Of a DNA stretch of 64,000 nt, positions 25,561-39,285 are shown in pieces. How positions within the stretch are numbered: the stretch's first letter is position 1; each line of letters starts with the position of its first letter. Below the pieces are notes generated by a model, which saw nothing but the letters and a program-made list of their open reading frames with translations, made no database searches and was not told where the DNA came from. The DNA is from Camelus dromedarius (taxonomy: Eukaryota). The translations under genes and the position numbers were made by a program. Where the stretch lies: contig NC_087437.1 in NCBI RefSeq assembly GCF_036321535.1, positions 81,966,001-82,030,000 of the forward strand, given 5' to 3'.

Positions 25561-26089
25561 TGGTATTTACATCTGGTCACATTCACACTATATACAAACA
25601 CAGAACTGATTAGCAAGAATTTTTAAAAAAGTACACAAACATCCTCATGCATAATACAATGAAAAACAGACCATGGGATCCAAGAGGCATACATGGGTAA
25701 AGCACTGCAGGGAGACGGGGCAGGAGTGATCAGTTAGGGGAATGGCAGAATAAAACACGGTGCAGGGATTCCTTCACTTTCCACCATTCCTTGCATATGG
25801 TTTCTCTGGAGAGAGAAGGAAGTGGCAGCAAGGGTGCGTGGGGAAGTTGTTCTCATATCTACAGAAGCACCAGTTTTTCTCTGTGGTTACTGATGACAGT
25901 AAAAAGATTTATATTTGTGTTGAAACATATCAAAGTTATCAGTTAATAAGATTAATAATATAAGATAAATAAGGAAATTAGAAACCCACTGTTGAATTAA
26001 ATCACCAAAACTTGGACATTTCTAAGAGTGAAAGATGGCAGGATTATGAATGATCTATCCTTAGACTATCAATGTATTTTCTTTTGTAG

Positions 26090-26268
26090 CTGGACAAAGT
26101 TGTGGAAAAGCATAAAGAATCTCACAGACGAATCCTGGAACAGCTTTTAATGGTAGAAAAATCTCATAGGCAAACCATATTAGAATTGGAGGAAGAAAAG
26201 AGAAAACATAAAGAATACATGGAGAAGAGTGATGAATTCATAGGCTTGCTAGAACAGGAATGTGAAAG
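26090..26268 (+). CDS. FILIP1L: FILIP1L third coding exon (179 nt, phase 0-2), [59 protein letters not shown](R); coiled coil
   Basis: Not in the ORF track; translated by hand. Acceptor attttcttttgtag ends at 26089 and donor AAG|gtaagg starts at 26269. The frame is open and matches FILIP1L. Confidence 0.97.
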
Positions 26269-26319
26269 GTAAGGCCACTTTGGACAAGACAATGACCCAT
26301 TCTGTCAACCCTTACTAAC

Positions 26320-27640
26320 CTCTCACTATGGGCTTGGCACTATGTCATGGATTCAGGGATATAAGATGCATGTGACACAGCCACTGGTCTCAAAAATCTC
26401 ACAGTCCAGAGTGAGGGAAAAGATATGTTTAAAAACACTGTCAATACAATGCAAGAAAAATTGGGTGTGATAGGAAGCATAAATGCTGGGCACCTAATTC
26501 TGCAAGGCAGCACCCTGTGAAAGGTTCAGAGGAGGTAACAGGGGTCTAGTCCCTATGCAGACTAGAATGGAAACTATATACAAGGGCAGAAATAATGCCA
26601 CAGCATAGAGGTAAGACCATAGTATGGGTAGTGAGAGAACTCAAGCTTTCCACATGGGTACCGCACGGGTATTAACTGTAGGATGAGAAAAGGAAAGGCT
26701 AGCCACGGGCAGTCAGATTTTATACTGTTGGCAAGAAGGAGCAAAGGACAAATTATGAGGAGAATGAGTTGATGAGGTATGCTTTCTTAAAGAACCATTA
26801 AGAAAACATGGAAGAAAGGCAGGAGGAGTTTTAAACTGGGGACGGGTATGTACTCCAGTGGCTACAGGGTTATGGAGGATGGGGTGTAAACTAATACTTA
26901 TGATGTATCATCAATATGAACTAGTGACTAATGAGACTAGAGAGCAGAGTAAGGAAAACAGGAAGTTATACTCCTGGCTACTCACCAAGGTATAGAATGC
27001 AGGAATGGGGCACAGCTTTTTGTTGTTGTAGGATTTCTGGTGAGGAAGATGGTTCAAAAGGGGAGAGGTCCTGTTTTAAGATATTTTGAGCAGAAAGTAC
27101 CTGGTGTTTTTCAATGTTCAGTGGGGAGAATGATTATGTCTAAAGAGACAATCCATAGTTGGAAATACAGGTCGGGAAAAGGTCGGGCTAGTGTTGTGTA
27201 TTTGCAGCGCATGACAGCTGAAGCTATGGGTTTTGGTGTGGTGAGGGGAGAGAATTTTGAGAAGGGAACTCTAGAAAACAATGCTTGATGGCTCTTCTGG
27301 AGAAAAAGGGGTTAAGAAAGCAAGCTGAGAGAGAATGGTGGAGGACTGGAAGAACCAGAACAGAAAGAAAGCAAAGAAACCAAGCAAGGAAGGACTTTCA
27401 AGAAAGAGCGAGCAGTCAGATAGCATCAAATAATACAGAAAAGGATGAACAAATGTCCCAGGATTTGGCAACAAGGAAGACAGTGAGGAACTTAATGAGC
27501 CCTTCCAATAAAATAGTGAAGGCAGAGGCCAAAATTGCAACGTTCTGAAGTATAAATAAGTAATGAGAACATAGAAGCTTAAAATGTGAACCAGTATTTT
27601 GAAAAGCTTGGCTACAAAAAGGGAGAAATTGGTTGGTAAA
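26320..27640 (-). mobile_element. Long decayed L2 starting ~50 bp after the third coding exon
   Basis: ggcactatg...ctcaaaaatctcacagtccag...gacagctgaagctatggg...gatttggcaacaaggaagacagtgaggaacttaatgag...ttttgaaaagcttggct. Confidence 0.75.
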
Positions 27641-30600
27641 CATTTTATAACCATATGGAGAGCAGGTTATTTTGCTCCACTTTGGCCCCCTGTTCTGAAT
27701 CATCTTAGAAAGTATGAGCATCTATATTAAATTGAAAGGACGACGACTCCTCTCCTTTGATAATGCAAAGATAGAAAACAACCAATCTCAGCAATGTCAA
27801 ATTTTTATCAGATCTTCATTTCACTTTTGTTATTCCATGTATACTTCTCTTATGAGTTACAGAGCTAATGATGCTAACAGTTACAGAAAAACAAAGAAAG
27901 AAATAATTACTTGTGAGTTCCCTTTTCTAAAATACAAGTAGTCTTAACTGCTTTATCTGACTACTTGCAATCATATTTTAGCTAGGTAACCAAAATTACA
28001 TAATAGCTAGGCTAATGGCAAACTTTCATTTCTTTTCAGTGCATCTCATGGTAGACACCTGGTCAGAGAACCAATGGCCCTCAGATCCAGTTTCTTTTTC
28101 CACATTCATCAAGGGTTTGACTACATAGACAGGGAGTTTTGTTACCTTGCCCCTCATGAACTTGTTATCTTCAGGCGCAGATTAAAGGAACACAAGAAGT
28201 CTAGCATCAAGGGACGATTTGACTCAGACATTACAGTGTAAGATTAGTTATTCAATGAGACAATGCATATTAAATATTATTTTGAACCCCTGTGGTTTGG
28301 CACCCATGGCCTCATTTGGCCTTCACACTTACTTGGCACTAACTTGTTGAACACAGATACTTCCTTTCATCTCTCATTATTAAGAACATTTATTGACCAT
28401 GGTCAGAGTGCTGCCTGCTATAGAACAGAGAGGTACTGGCTGTCCCTGCCCAGAGGGCTTAATCACATTAAGGGAGAAGGTAAGAAGATACAGATTTAGG
28501 GTGGAAATGTGGAGGGCTGTTGGTGGTATAGTTCTAATATTCACAGTTGTATCTCTACTATCTTCTGGAGGAAGGCTGAGGAGGGCCATCCAGAAGTAAC
28601 ACCGTAAAGCTGGGAGGCAGATGGCAAGAGAGAGCAAAGAGGAACAACACTGAGACACGGAACAAAAGGGCAGTGGGAATAAAGATAGTGGGCTAGAGGG
28701 AAAGGAAACTAGGGGAATGAATGTAAATTGTACACCATGAAATCAGTGTATTAAGGATGGTATTTCTACAGGTATCAAAGGAGTTTAAGAGGGAGAATTT
28801 AAAAGATCATGTTTTTTTAGCCATGTAGGACACAAAATTTTTTTGTCTTGAAGAATAATGAAGAATAACAAACCATTACCAAAAAAATAGGGAAAAAAAT
28901 GACTGGAGTGACTCTCATTCCCTGTTTAGCCATTCCAGAAGATATGCGAATATTTACCTATTTCTGTTTGCCCAGGAAAAGCTTCCAGATGGAATTCTTT
29001 GGGTGTTAGAATGGTAAACCTGTTCTCTACTCACATGACACACAGGTAATTCTTCCCTTGTTTCCCCTTTTTATCACCATTCCCATAGCCTGGCATTGTT
29101 GGCGCACTAGCCCTTCTTGCCTTTAACAGGGAGATTGTGGGCCTCCTGAGGCACAGCTGGCTTTCACTGACTTTAAGGCCATGTGCATATAGGTATTAAA
29201 TGAGTACCACCTAACAAAGCAGGAAGTGGAGGAAACTCTAATAATTTCAGGTAAATATATACAAAGGAGGTGCTTACACAAGAGAGTAAAATACCATTCA
29301 CATGTCTCATTCTTTGACCACAAATGAAAGAATACACACCACCACTGGGTCCTTCTAACTTGAATGAGAACACTTCCCCTTAAGCACACAGCCACCCCTC
29401 ACAAAAACACAACTAATTTGTTCTAAGGAGTCAAAGAATAACGTTTACTTCCTTCCTCAAACAAAGTGATGTAAGTCACTCCCAAATCAGTGACCCTCAG
29501 TACAGAGAAACAAAGAAAGATATCATAACCCCTAGAAAAATGATTTGAGTGAATACAGCTATAAGGAACTATCTGATTGAAACTCTGAAAAAATACTGTG
29601 AAAGTTTAGTACTTGTATTATAAGTGTTAGATAATATCTACTTGGAAATAAAATAAAAACTAAGAAATATATGATTGAGATAGTTCATGAGACCTTAGAG
29701 GGTGTAATAACGAATTTCAAACTAGGGCTCAATTTCTGTGTTTTCTTTGGAGAATTCGTTTTATCTGGAAAACCCTAAAGGAGACTGATGTCACATATTG
29801 AGTTAAGGCCAAAATGTTTGCCAAGTGATGTCTTTGTCGTAATCAGTAAACAATTGGCTTTCCCACTGAGGGAGGGTGGGGGCAGGGAATAGCTCAGGAA
29901 ACTCTGTTCCCAAGTGTGTTAATGCAAAATTTCCTTCCCTGTAATCTGTGCAGTTTGGTCTGTCCATAAAATAATATATCCACATTTCATGACAACTTTC
30001 TGTTCACTGACCAGCTCCAATGTGTGGATATGTGTGTCTCTGATGACCAGAATTATGTATTTGGCTGAATTACAAGGGGAGTCTATGTGAAAGGTTTTAT
30101 ACAAAAGCAATGCCAGTAATTTTTGGCCTTTCTGGATGGCTTCACAGGAAAGCCAAAACAAAAATCACTTTTAGTCTGTGCAATTTTGCAAAATTTTCCC
30201 ATAAGTGAAATGCCAATTTTGTCTGTACTTTCAAAAAAGCTTGCATAATTTTTTTTTCTTTTTCAGTTTCAATGGGGGAAAAGGCTGGGAAGAAAAAAAA
30301 AAATTTCCTTTTCTTGAAACCATGCATTCTTTTTTAGAATACTAAAACAAACCATGTATACTAATCATATATATTACTGCATTTCTGGCTTTGAAACAGC
30401 CACTAAAGTAGGAAACAAATATCGTTATGGCAACTGTATTAAAATGTGGCTTCAACTATGGATTTTTTTTAAAGCCTTAAATTACTTTTCATAACATCTT
30501 GGCCAAGTAGGTTAGCAATGATATTCTGATTTTATAAAGCAGGAGTTCAAATGGTAGTTTCTCAAAAGCCACATAGTGAGGAAGGAGTCACAGGTAGAAT

Positions 30601-31049
30601 TAATTTCTTGACGTGTGACTGAACAGAACAGAGACTTGGGGGGCAGAGGGGTCTGTGGAGGAGACTGAGCAGGGACCCATCTTCAAGAGTCCTTGGGCTT
30701 TAAAGGACTCTTAGGTCCCTGAGCACACCTTGAGCTAAGTCCTTAGTAAAAAACAAAGTGTTTCCACCTTTCCCTTTGGCTGAAGCAATTTTAAAAGGAA
30801 AGATTTCTGTCATCAACCCTTTTCTATTATGACAGTCCTGTTCTCTAGATTGGCATCAGAAAAGGTGACTGAAACACTGAGCTATAGTTGACCCTCCTGC
30901 TAACTGAGCAAACTGAATTACTTTCAAAGACTTCTCTCAAAAAGCATCAAATCTTCTTTCTAGAGGTTTTGGCTACTCCCTTGAAATATATATAAATGAA
31001 TGAGTGTATTAATCTATCTAATTTTTTAGTTAGTTTAACCAACTAGTTA

Positions 31050-31230
31050 GTTATTTAGTGCTGCTTGCCATTCATTCATTCACTCAAAAAAATAAAATAA
31101 AATAAAAACCCGCAACTAATTAAATGCCTGCTACATGACAGGTCCTGTGCTGGATACTAGGTATAGAGGAGGTAGATGGGGTGTGGTCTTCAGCTACATA
31201 AAACCTCAGCTCATTTGTGTGTGTGTAAAA
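31050..31230 (-). mobile_element. L2 3' end
   Basis: cattcattcattcactcaa...ttaaatgcctgctacatgacaggtcctgtgctggatactagg. Confidence 0.7.
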
Positions 31231-33444
31231 CACAGACACCACTGATACTGATGCTTTTAGGGCACTATGAGATAATGATGGGCAAGGAAAAAAGGTCCAG
31301 TTTGGTACAAAAACATAATAACATGAAATAATCATGAAAATAAAACATTCAGGAGAGATCAATAAACACATGAAACTAAAGGACTTTACTAGAGAATTCA
31401 CTATCTTGCAGCTATTGCCATTAGGACTTTCAGTGTCTTCGGTCTTAAATCTCAGCTTTTAAGAATATCCCACGAAGCATAACACAGTGGGCATGGTGTT
31501 TTAAAAAGTAAATAAACTAAGACTACTTTTTAAAAATCATATTTGGAAAGCCAGCAGTTTTAAGTTTCATGCACACTAAACTATTGTTGTAGAATACATT
31601 GTACTCAAATGCAATCATTTCCTTTCAGTTTTCTGGCAAGGAGTTATATGTATTACATATTCTCAAGACTATGTCTTGCAAGTAGTGAAATGGATGCCAG
31701 ATCTCCATTTGACCTTTGTCAGGGATATCCAGTTCTTTGTCAGAACAAAATGGAGACCCACCACAAACATATATTTCGATATTATAATTTTATAGAGAAT
31801 CACAGTGTGATCAGTCTAGTGTTCACATACCTCAGATCTAATACAGGATCTGGGTAGGGATGCAGAGAGATTAATTATTTCATGAGGATACCAAAAAAAT
31901 CCCATTTAAGACTGTACACCATGACTTAACTTTCAACAGATGTCACAAAACCATACCCTTGTAACTGCACAATTCAGCGGTTTCCATACGCCATTTAATT
32001 ATAGAGGTCAAAATTCGGATACAGTGATGTCGCTATTTGATTGCTTTTCCTTCCGAGAAAGCTGAGCTAAATTTTACAAAAAGTTTTGGGTGTGTATTTG
32101 GATGTATAATGATTACTGAATTTATTCCTCACAAAAGAATACTACAAATGTTAAAAAGCAGTCTAGAAGGAAACCTAACAAGCACAGTGAAGGATGAGCC
32201 GGGAACGTGGAGACAGGGGACTCTGGTCTACAGCTAGTGTGCAACTCTAGGCCAATTCCATTTCTCCAATCTTTAAACAACTGGGATAGGCTATATTATT
32301 TGTATGTTTCTTTCAGATCTAAAAATCTGTGATTATGTGATTCTTATGAATAAGTAACTTCTACTTCAAGCCTATGATTCTAATCCACACTATCAAAAAG
32401 AGGTCAGTGAGAATAACAGCACCTCAACCACCAATTTCAAGTTCAAGTCTGTATTTCCATTCTTAAAGGATATCTAGATTTAGGTATACTCTACTGCTTC
32501 TTGAATGTCACATATTCCAAACTGAACTTAATGTCATCTTTGCACGTCCAGGTCAATTTACATCCTTTCTATTCCTGATTCTGCCAATGATTTAATCTAT
32601 CAGATAGTTATTAAAAAATGACAGATCTTTGAATCCCCATTTTAAACTAGAGAAGTCCTGGCAATCTAGACCGATCTAATTTTTGAATCGAGAAAAGTGA
32701 AGCTCATCAAATTTCAGCTAAGAAATCCCAGAATCTTGCTGCTAAACAGGAGTAGAGACAGATCAGAAGAAGCTAGCTCTCCTGATAACATGTTTGGTGC
32801 TATTCTCCCTAGAATCATTACTAACCGCTCACACCTCATGCTTGGTATTGTGGGACGTCCAAAGAAATTTAAGACATAATTACAATACAACGGAAAATAC
32901 AAGACCCTTATAAAATAATCTATAAATGAAATGCAGAGAGGACTCAGGTGCTCATTCTGTGGTACTGACAACCGCTATTCCAACATTATGAAAGGTCAGG
33001 CAAAAAGAATATTAAGGACTGTAATCATTCAACAGCCAGCATAGCAGTAGGAGAATGAAGGACATACAGTTAGCACTGAATAAATAAACCTAACTGGTTC
33101 ATAGCTACTAGCTTAACAGCCCTATAAAACAGGACGCCAAAGACCATTGAATGTGGAAAGGCAACCTCAAACTTTTGTTCCATCTGACTATAAAATATAA
33201 AAAGGAAGAAGAGTCATTAAACCATATCAAAATGGAAAATTTTGCCTCATAAATGGAAATCAAGGTGGAACATTAGAATTAAGCTGTATCCTGGATTTGT
33301 AGCTTGCAGGTAAACTTTCCTGGCAAGTATATTATTCCCTCATTAGAAGAAGAAGCCAAACAGCTTTGGCCAGCCATGAGAATGAGAGATGCCTGGCACA
33401 AGTGATGAGTAAATATCACTGCACAGAAAGCCCTTCATTGGAAG

Positions 33445-33692
33445 GGCACAGGGTATCAAAGCTAAAAAGCATAGACTCTGGAGTTAGAACAAGTGTTTGA
33501 ACCATGGTCCCACCTTTTCATCTGGTCCCACTAGCTCTATGACCTTGAATAAAGTACTTAATTTCTATAAGCCTCAGTTTCACCATCTGTTAAAAAAAAT
33601 GATGTGGATCTCACAGGTTCTCTCAATTACTAAATTATATAAAGCATAGAAAGTGCTAAGCATGGTATCTGGCACTCAGTAAGCATTAGCAT
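33445..33692 (+). mobile_element. MIR SINE
   Basis: agcatagactctggagttaga...ctatgaccttgaataaagtacttaatttctataagcctcagtttcaccatctgt...aaagtgctaagcatggtatctggcactcagtaagc. Confidence 0.88.
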
Positions 33693-33754
33693 CTTTCTTC
33701 AAAGTAGTTCATTTGCATACTCTGTGCCACACCACTGGGCATTTTATGAATTGC

Positions 33755-33930
33755 TTAGAAGGCATTTAATTGGACCCTATGCTGGGTGCTAAGGATGTGA
33801 TGATGAATGAGAGCTTTCAAGGGGCATACCCCTCAGTGTGGGGAACATAGACTCAAAAACAAGTGCAATGTTGTGTTACAGGTGTGATGACAACTGAGAA
33901 TACAGAGGAAGCACAAATGAAGGACTGTTG
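33755..33930 (-). mobile_element. L2 fragment
   Basis: ccctatgctgggtgctaaggatgtgatgatgaatgag...gagaatacagaggaag. Confidence 0.55.
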
Positions 33931-34739
33931 TATACTCCTGGTTGTAGCTTATTTCTTTCAGAGTAGGGGTTTTGCTGAATGTCCTAATGATCTAACACTG
34001 TAACACCAAGCTAGACACTAGAGTAACTAATACTCAATAACTTTTTTTCCTAAACCATGGAGACCTATTTCCCCCTTTTAGAAATCATTCCTTTTAGATA
34101 AACAAAAATGAAAACGCAATGATACTATGAAGAGGACAGCATACCACATACTCAAAATTGAGACTCACCCATAATGATGGTTTTTAAGTGCACCAAAAGA
34201 CTCCACTGCTCCTTGGGCCTGCCACTGCCACAAGATCCCCAAACTAATCATATCTTCTTGCCTAAATTGATTGTAAAAAAAAAAATCAAATATTCCCATA
34301 ATAAGGTAAGTGGATTTACTTTTATTATTTTTGTTGTTGTTCATAATTCCTTTTGAGGGCCAAGAGCATGGAGAAGCATAATAAATATTTGTTGAATAAA
34401 TGACTGAAATGTAGGAAAATGTTACATCTTAATTTATTATTTTCCCATCAATATCTTCTCATAAATTAGCTTCGGATTAGTTCTCTTTACTTAGCTCAGT
34501 TTTGGAGAATATAATATAAAATGAGTCAATTTTGATAGGAGAAGCTGAATAAGCTTGAGAGCTTTGGGACCATCCTAAAGAGAACAACTATAAAAGAGGA
34601 TGGGACCTTTATCAAGGCACTAAAGGAGAGAATGACCCCAAAAAATGGGATTTTAAAGTTAAAAAAAAAATCAGAAACATTAATTACAAAAAAAGCTAAA
34701 AACAACCCTCTCAATTCATACTTCACACAGTTTTTATAT

Positions 34740-35110
34740 CCTATTTTTTCACTAACAAAAAACATCATGAACATTTTCCTAAATCACCAACTACTCCTCT
34801 ACACCATAATTTTTAAGTCCGTGAATACTACTGTATCATATAGATGTAATTTATTTAACAGATTCCCTTTTGTGGGTGTTTAGATTCCTGCCACTTTTTC
34901 TCATTCATAAAGAACACCATGATGAATACTCCAGTCACTTTTTACACCTTCCTGATTGTTGCCTTAGAATAAATTCTTAGATGTGAAATTGCTGGGTCAA
35001 AAGTTATAAAACTTTAAAGGGTTTTGAAAACTGTAGCTAAATTATGTTCTATTAATAGACTATACTACCATTAGCAACAAAGGAGAGGACCCATTTCTTA
35101 CTTTATAACT
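34740..35110 (-). mobile_element. L1ME-like fragment
   Basis: taatttatttaacagattccct...gaataaattcttagatgtgaaattgctgggtcaaaag...taccattagcaacaaaggagaggacccatttct. Confidence 0.75.
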
Positions 35111-37109
35111 TTGCCCGGGACTAATCTTGAATGTGACCTTATTTAAAGCATGATATGATGTTAAAAAGTATGTAAAATGAATGTTAGTAACATGAATCAG
35201 ATTTTCCCATTGCCTTGGGCTTTAATTTTAGAGATGTATTACTTCTAAAAAACAAAACAACTCTAACATATCATCAAAAAGATACTTAAACATAATATTT
35301 TCTTGAAAGTATATTTTTCCATTGTTAATATAATTTCAGTATATTTCCTTTTCCCCATCAAATTCAGGTTGTGATGGCTTACCATCACTGGTCTTTCAAA
35401 ACACTGCTTCTGTTACTCTTTCTCTAAAAGGTCTAAAATCTCCCTGCTCTGTACAATCCCATACAAGCTGTAGAGTCCAAATTCAGGATCCTGGCTCGCC
35501 TTTCCCACCACATGACGAATTCGGAAATTGTTCATAATGCTTATCGTACTGGCCTTACATAGTCCTGGTAAGTTTGAATTGTTTAACACTGAGAAAACCA
35601 GAGTTCACTTTGTCACATTCCCCCTTTAATAACTTCATTGTTTAGATGTACATGAGATTTCCACACCAATTTCTCCTATTTAAATTAGCTTCTACTTGCC
35701 AACTCTCATTTCCTCACATATCCTCCCTATTAATCATGCACACTACATTTGTGCCCATAGCATTTTCCCATGTATTTCTCAATGACAGCATGAAATATTT
35801 GAGATGCCTGCTAAACAGGTAGTTTACATCTTCAGAAGATGTTGAAACATATTTGCAGGATTTATGAGGCTGAGTACGTGTTCTCTTCAAAATAAGTACT
35901 TTCAAACTCATAGTTGTCACTTTACATCATGCATTTTTTGTTCTGAGTAAATATGACATTCAAAGCATTTCATGCCATAACAAACACTGGGATAGATATA
36001 TGTAAAGGAAAAATGTGGAAAAAAAGAGAATCACATGTGGCTGTCACAACACTGTTTAGTAAACATTTCCTTCAAAGGTATTAGAGAGGTTTTAAAATCC
36101 AATATTTACCAGTAGTACCAATAGTGAGGACCAAATATAACTGGCAATTAAGAACATTTCTCTGTGGGGCACATATTTCATTTGCTTTATGTCAAATTAC
36201 TTCCCACTCTAAACAGATTTGTTGATTAATCAAAACTCTAGCTAATAATCTACTCAAAAACACTCCAGCTATTCTATAGCCATACATTCAAACATAATAG
36301 CATTAAGGCATTAGGACAGCATTTAGATTAAATGAATGGTATTTTTTAATATGTTTATTTGTAGAGACGTAGGGGGAAAACTTTCGCAGCTTCTTCACGC
36401 AGAAGAATTCAGTGGCTTATTCTCATCATTCCTTTGAAGGCTAAGATTTTTATCAATAAACAAAGTAAGAGACACAAAATAACAAAAATGTTGGAAGGGG
36501 AAAAAAATCACTCCTGAATTTTCACCTGTGCTGAAATCTAAGTGAGGCATGCCCCAATAATAACAAAGCAGAGCAGATCAGATAAAACTTTCTATCTTGA
36601 AAAACCTCTGGATAGCAGGAACTTAAGGCTCCTCTAGACTGGAAGTGTTTCATCTTGAAATATGCCTTCCTATCTCCTCTGAATAGGCCTCTATTTTTTT
36701 CTCATTGATTTTATTGTGTTAGGGAAATATGTGAGGCAGTCACTCAGTCCCCATTTCCAGTTCCAGAATGAAACATCAGGAATCCAAAGAGGTTTGTGGC
36801 TTCAAAATGAACTTTTCTTGTACCATGGCTGAGTGCTCACAACCCACCAAATCATGCAAAGAAACCTGTTAGTTTCTCTGGATTTCAGATATACCATACA
36901 AAGGTGGGGATCGGGGGGAGAGAAAAAAAGTACAAATGTACAATTAGAAAATTCAGATGAACCCACATTCCAAAATGTTTCAGAAACAATGTTCGAATTC
37001 TGCTTTCATTAAATGATAGCCAATTCAAACTAGCTCACAGATGCTGTATTCATTAACAATTATTTTCATTTAAAATATACCTGAAACATAAAAGGGTATG
37101 GTGGAGGAG

Positions 37110-37325
37110 GGGGTCGCAACCTCCAATACCTTTAGGGGCCAGCAGGGCAGGGTAAATGAAAGGAACAGGCTGGATGTACAGAACAGGGAATGGTGGAGAC
37201 CTTAAAAACTTGCAAAGCTCAAGCCCACCTAGTCAGCTTTCTAAATAATTACTTAGATACCACCAATAAATAAGAAATAGGCCCTATGACACAATTGATC
37301 CAGATATGAAAAAGCCAGACTTCAG
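37110..37325 (+). mobile_element. MER102-like hAT-Charlie DNA element
   Basis: ggggtcgcaacctccaatacctttaggggccagcagggcagggtaaatgaa. Confidence 0.6.
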
Positions 37326-37489
37326 GAGTCCAGCTCTGGAGAACAGGATATGTATGGTAAGGAAAGAAGACCAATGTTCTCTGGAATCTTATAACAGAAG
37401 ATGTGTACCAAATCAGAAGGATAAGCACTGGGCACCAATACTAGGAAGTACAGTGAAGTGAGGTGGAGAAGCCTGTTTATTATGGCTTT

Positions 37490-37612
37490 TTGTCTGCCTT
37501 CTCTTTCCCACTTGTGTGTAAGCTCCTTGAGAGCAGAGACATCTTGTTTTGTTTATCTGTATCCCTAGCCCCTTGAAGAGAGCGCCCAATGGATATTTAC
37601 AGAATAAATAAA
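37490..37612 (+). mobile_element. L2 3' end
   Basis: tgtaagctccttgagagcagagacatcttgttttgtttatctgtatccctagc...atatttacagaataaataaatg. Confidence 0.75.
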
Positions 37613-37894
37613 TGTATTACTCTCGCCAAACACAGTCATTAACATTAGCACTATAACTGGTAGTAACAGCTATAGGGACTCTCCACAAAGGTCCCAGCTC
37701 TTTGATGGCAAGAATAGAAACATGTTATTCTTTGTGCTTCTAAACGTTTTTATACTGGCCTATAGATATAAACTTCTACCTTTTCTACACTGTTGAATTA
37801 ATATAAAGATGTTAAATTTCTTCAAGTTCAATACACGCACATAAAACAAAAAACAGTAAAATGACAACACAGGTATATAGGCAAAACAAATATT

Positions 37895-38930
37895 ATGAGA
37901 ATTCTGTACAACAAACAACCTGGTTTCATTAACAAATAATGTGCAGGGGGGAAATACAGAGGGAAATTTATAAGTTAAAAGAAATGTAGACATTTCTATA
38001 AAGTGCAAAGCATGATCTTACTTGAATCTTGATTTGAAGACATTATGAGAGAGAAAGAGAGACAACAGATAATAATGATTATCAGGGAAATTTGAACACT
38101 GGGGTATTTCACCATATGGAAGAATTATTACTAGTATTTAGACATGCTAATGGTACTGTGATGTGTATTTAAAAAGAAACCTTATCTTTTAGACATATTC
38201 TGAAAAAATTCCAAAATGAAACAATAGGATGCTTGGAATTTGCTTCAAAATAATCTGGACTGGGGAAAATAGTATGGAAAGGAAAAATAATTTTCCCTGT
38301 ATCATTCTGAGTTCTTGGCTGAGGCTCCTTGTAATAAAAGACAGGTTAAGAAGAGAAAACCTAACAGAAGTTTATCAACATGTACACCTCATGTATACAT
38401 GGGAGACACCCAGAGAAAGTGAGTAACTCTATGACATGACATAAACCAGGACCTTAAATACCGTCTTCAGCTAAAGACAAAAGAGAGAAAGGCGGTAGGG
38501 AGTGAGGAAGGGGACAGCCAGTTATAGGAAGTTACCAGAAAAAGCAAGGGTAAAGTTGATATGCAGATTTAAGTTGGTGCCTTCTCAGCTGGTAAGATTC
38601 TCTTATGATTTAGTCATCCTTCTGGTACTGAGAGAGACACACCTTTACAAATAGAGTTTCCTTCATAAATGTAAATTTCCCTTTCAAAAATTTCTTGTTT
38701 TCAGAACTCTTCTGCACCAGCTTTTAATCAAAATAATCAGCTGAAAATAACCCTTATGCTAAAGAGACATATTTTGGGGTGGTATATTCTGCTACTCTTC
38801 AGTAGGGTGGTACAGAAAAAACAAGACTGGCTAAGAGTTGATAATTATTGAAGCTGCATAAGGGACACATATACTTATATATCATTATACTATGATCTCT
38901 ACTTTTACATAAGTGTTTAAAATAAATAAA
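37895..38930 (+). mobile_element. L1MC4-like 3'UTR interrupted by an LTR
   Basis: atcagggaaatttgaacactgg...ggatgcttggaatttgcttcaaaataatc [LTR] aacaagactggctaagagttgataattattgaagctg...cattatactatgatctctactttt. Confidence 0.8.
38273..38801 (-). mobile_element. ERV1 solo LTR, MER34/MER39-like (~530 bp)
   Basis: The reverse complement begins tgaagagtagcagaatataccaccccaaaatatgtctctttagcataaggg, a MER34-type start. Candidate 4-bp TSD atag/gtag. Confidence 0.75.
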
Positions 38931-38949
38931 AAACAATTAAGTGAACAAA

Positions 38950-39285
38950 TAATAACACATGAAAATAGTTAGAAAATTTAAATGAAAAGTATAAAATGAA
39001 AATTAACACCTTCCTCTCACTTCACCTCACTTCCTGCTCTCCCAAGGTAACCCATAGTTAATAATTTTCTGTGTGTATTTCTAAAAAAGTACTGTATGTA
39101 TATACCAGCAATTCATAAAGGAAATCATACTGTACTCCTCCTATCTTAAAAAAAAAAAAAAAAGGTAGCTGCATATTATCTCATTTTATGGATGCAATTC
39201 ATTTGGCCAGGCCCCATGTATGGGCTTTAGATCCTATTCTCTTTTTCTTCTCTTTCTTTTCTTTTGCTATTAAATATTGTTCAGA
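38950..39285 (-). mobile_element. L1ME-like 3' fragment
   Basis: gaaaagtataaaatgaaaatt...ctcccaaggtaacccatagttaataattttctgtgtgt...gctgcatattatctcattttatggatg. Confidence 0.55.

Noticed and set aside
27040..27721. Cluster of overlapping 80-127 aa ORFs
   Set aside because: They lie within a decayed purine-rich L2; compositional artefact.
32780..33420. Possible ancient L3/L4 LINE remnant
   Set aside because: Only a vague resemblance; cannot be supported without a profile search.
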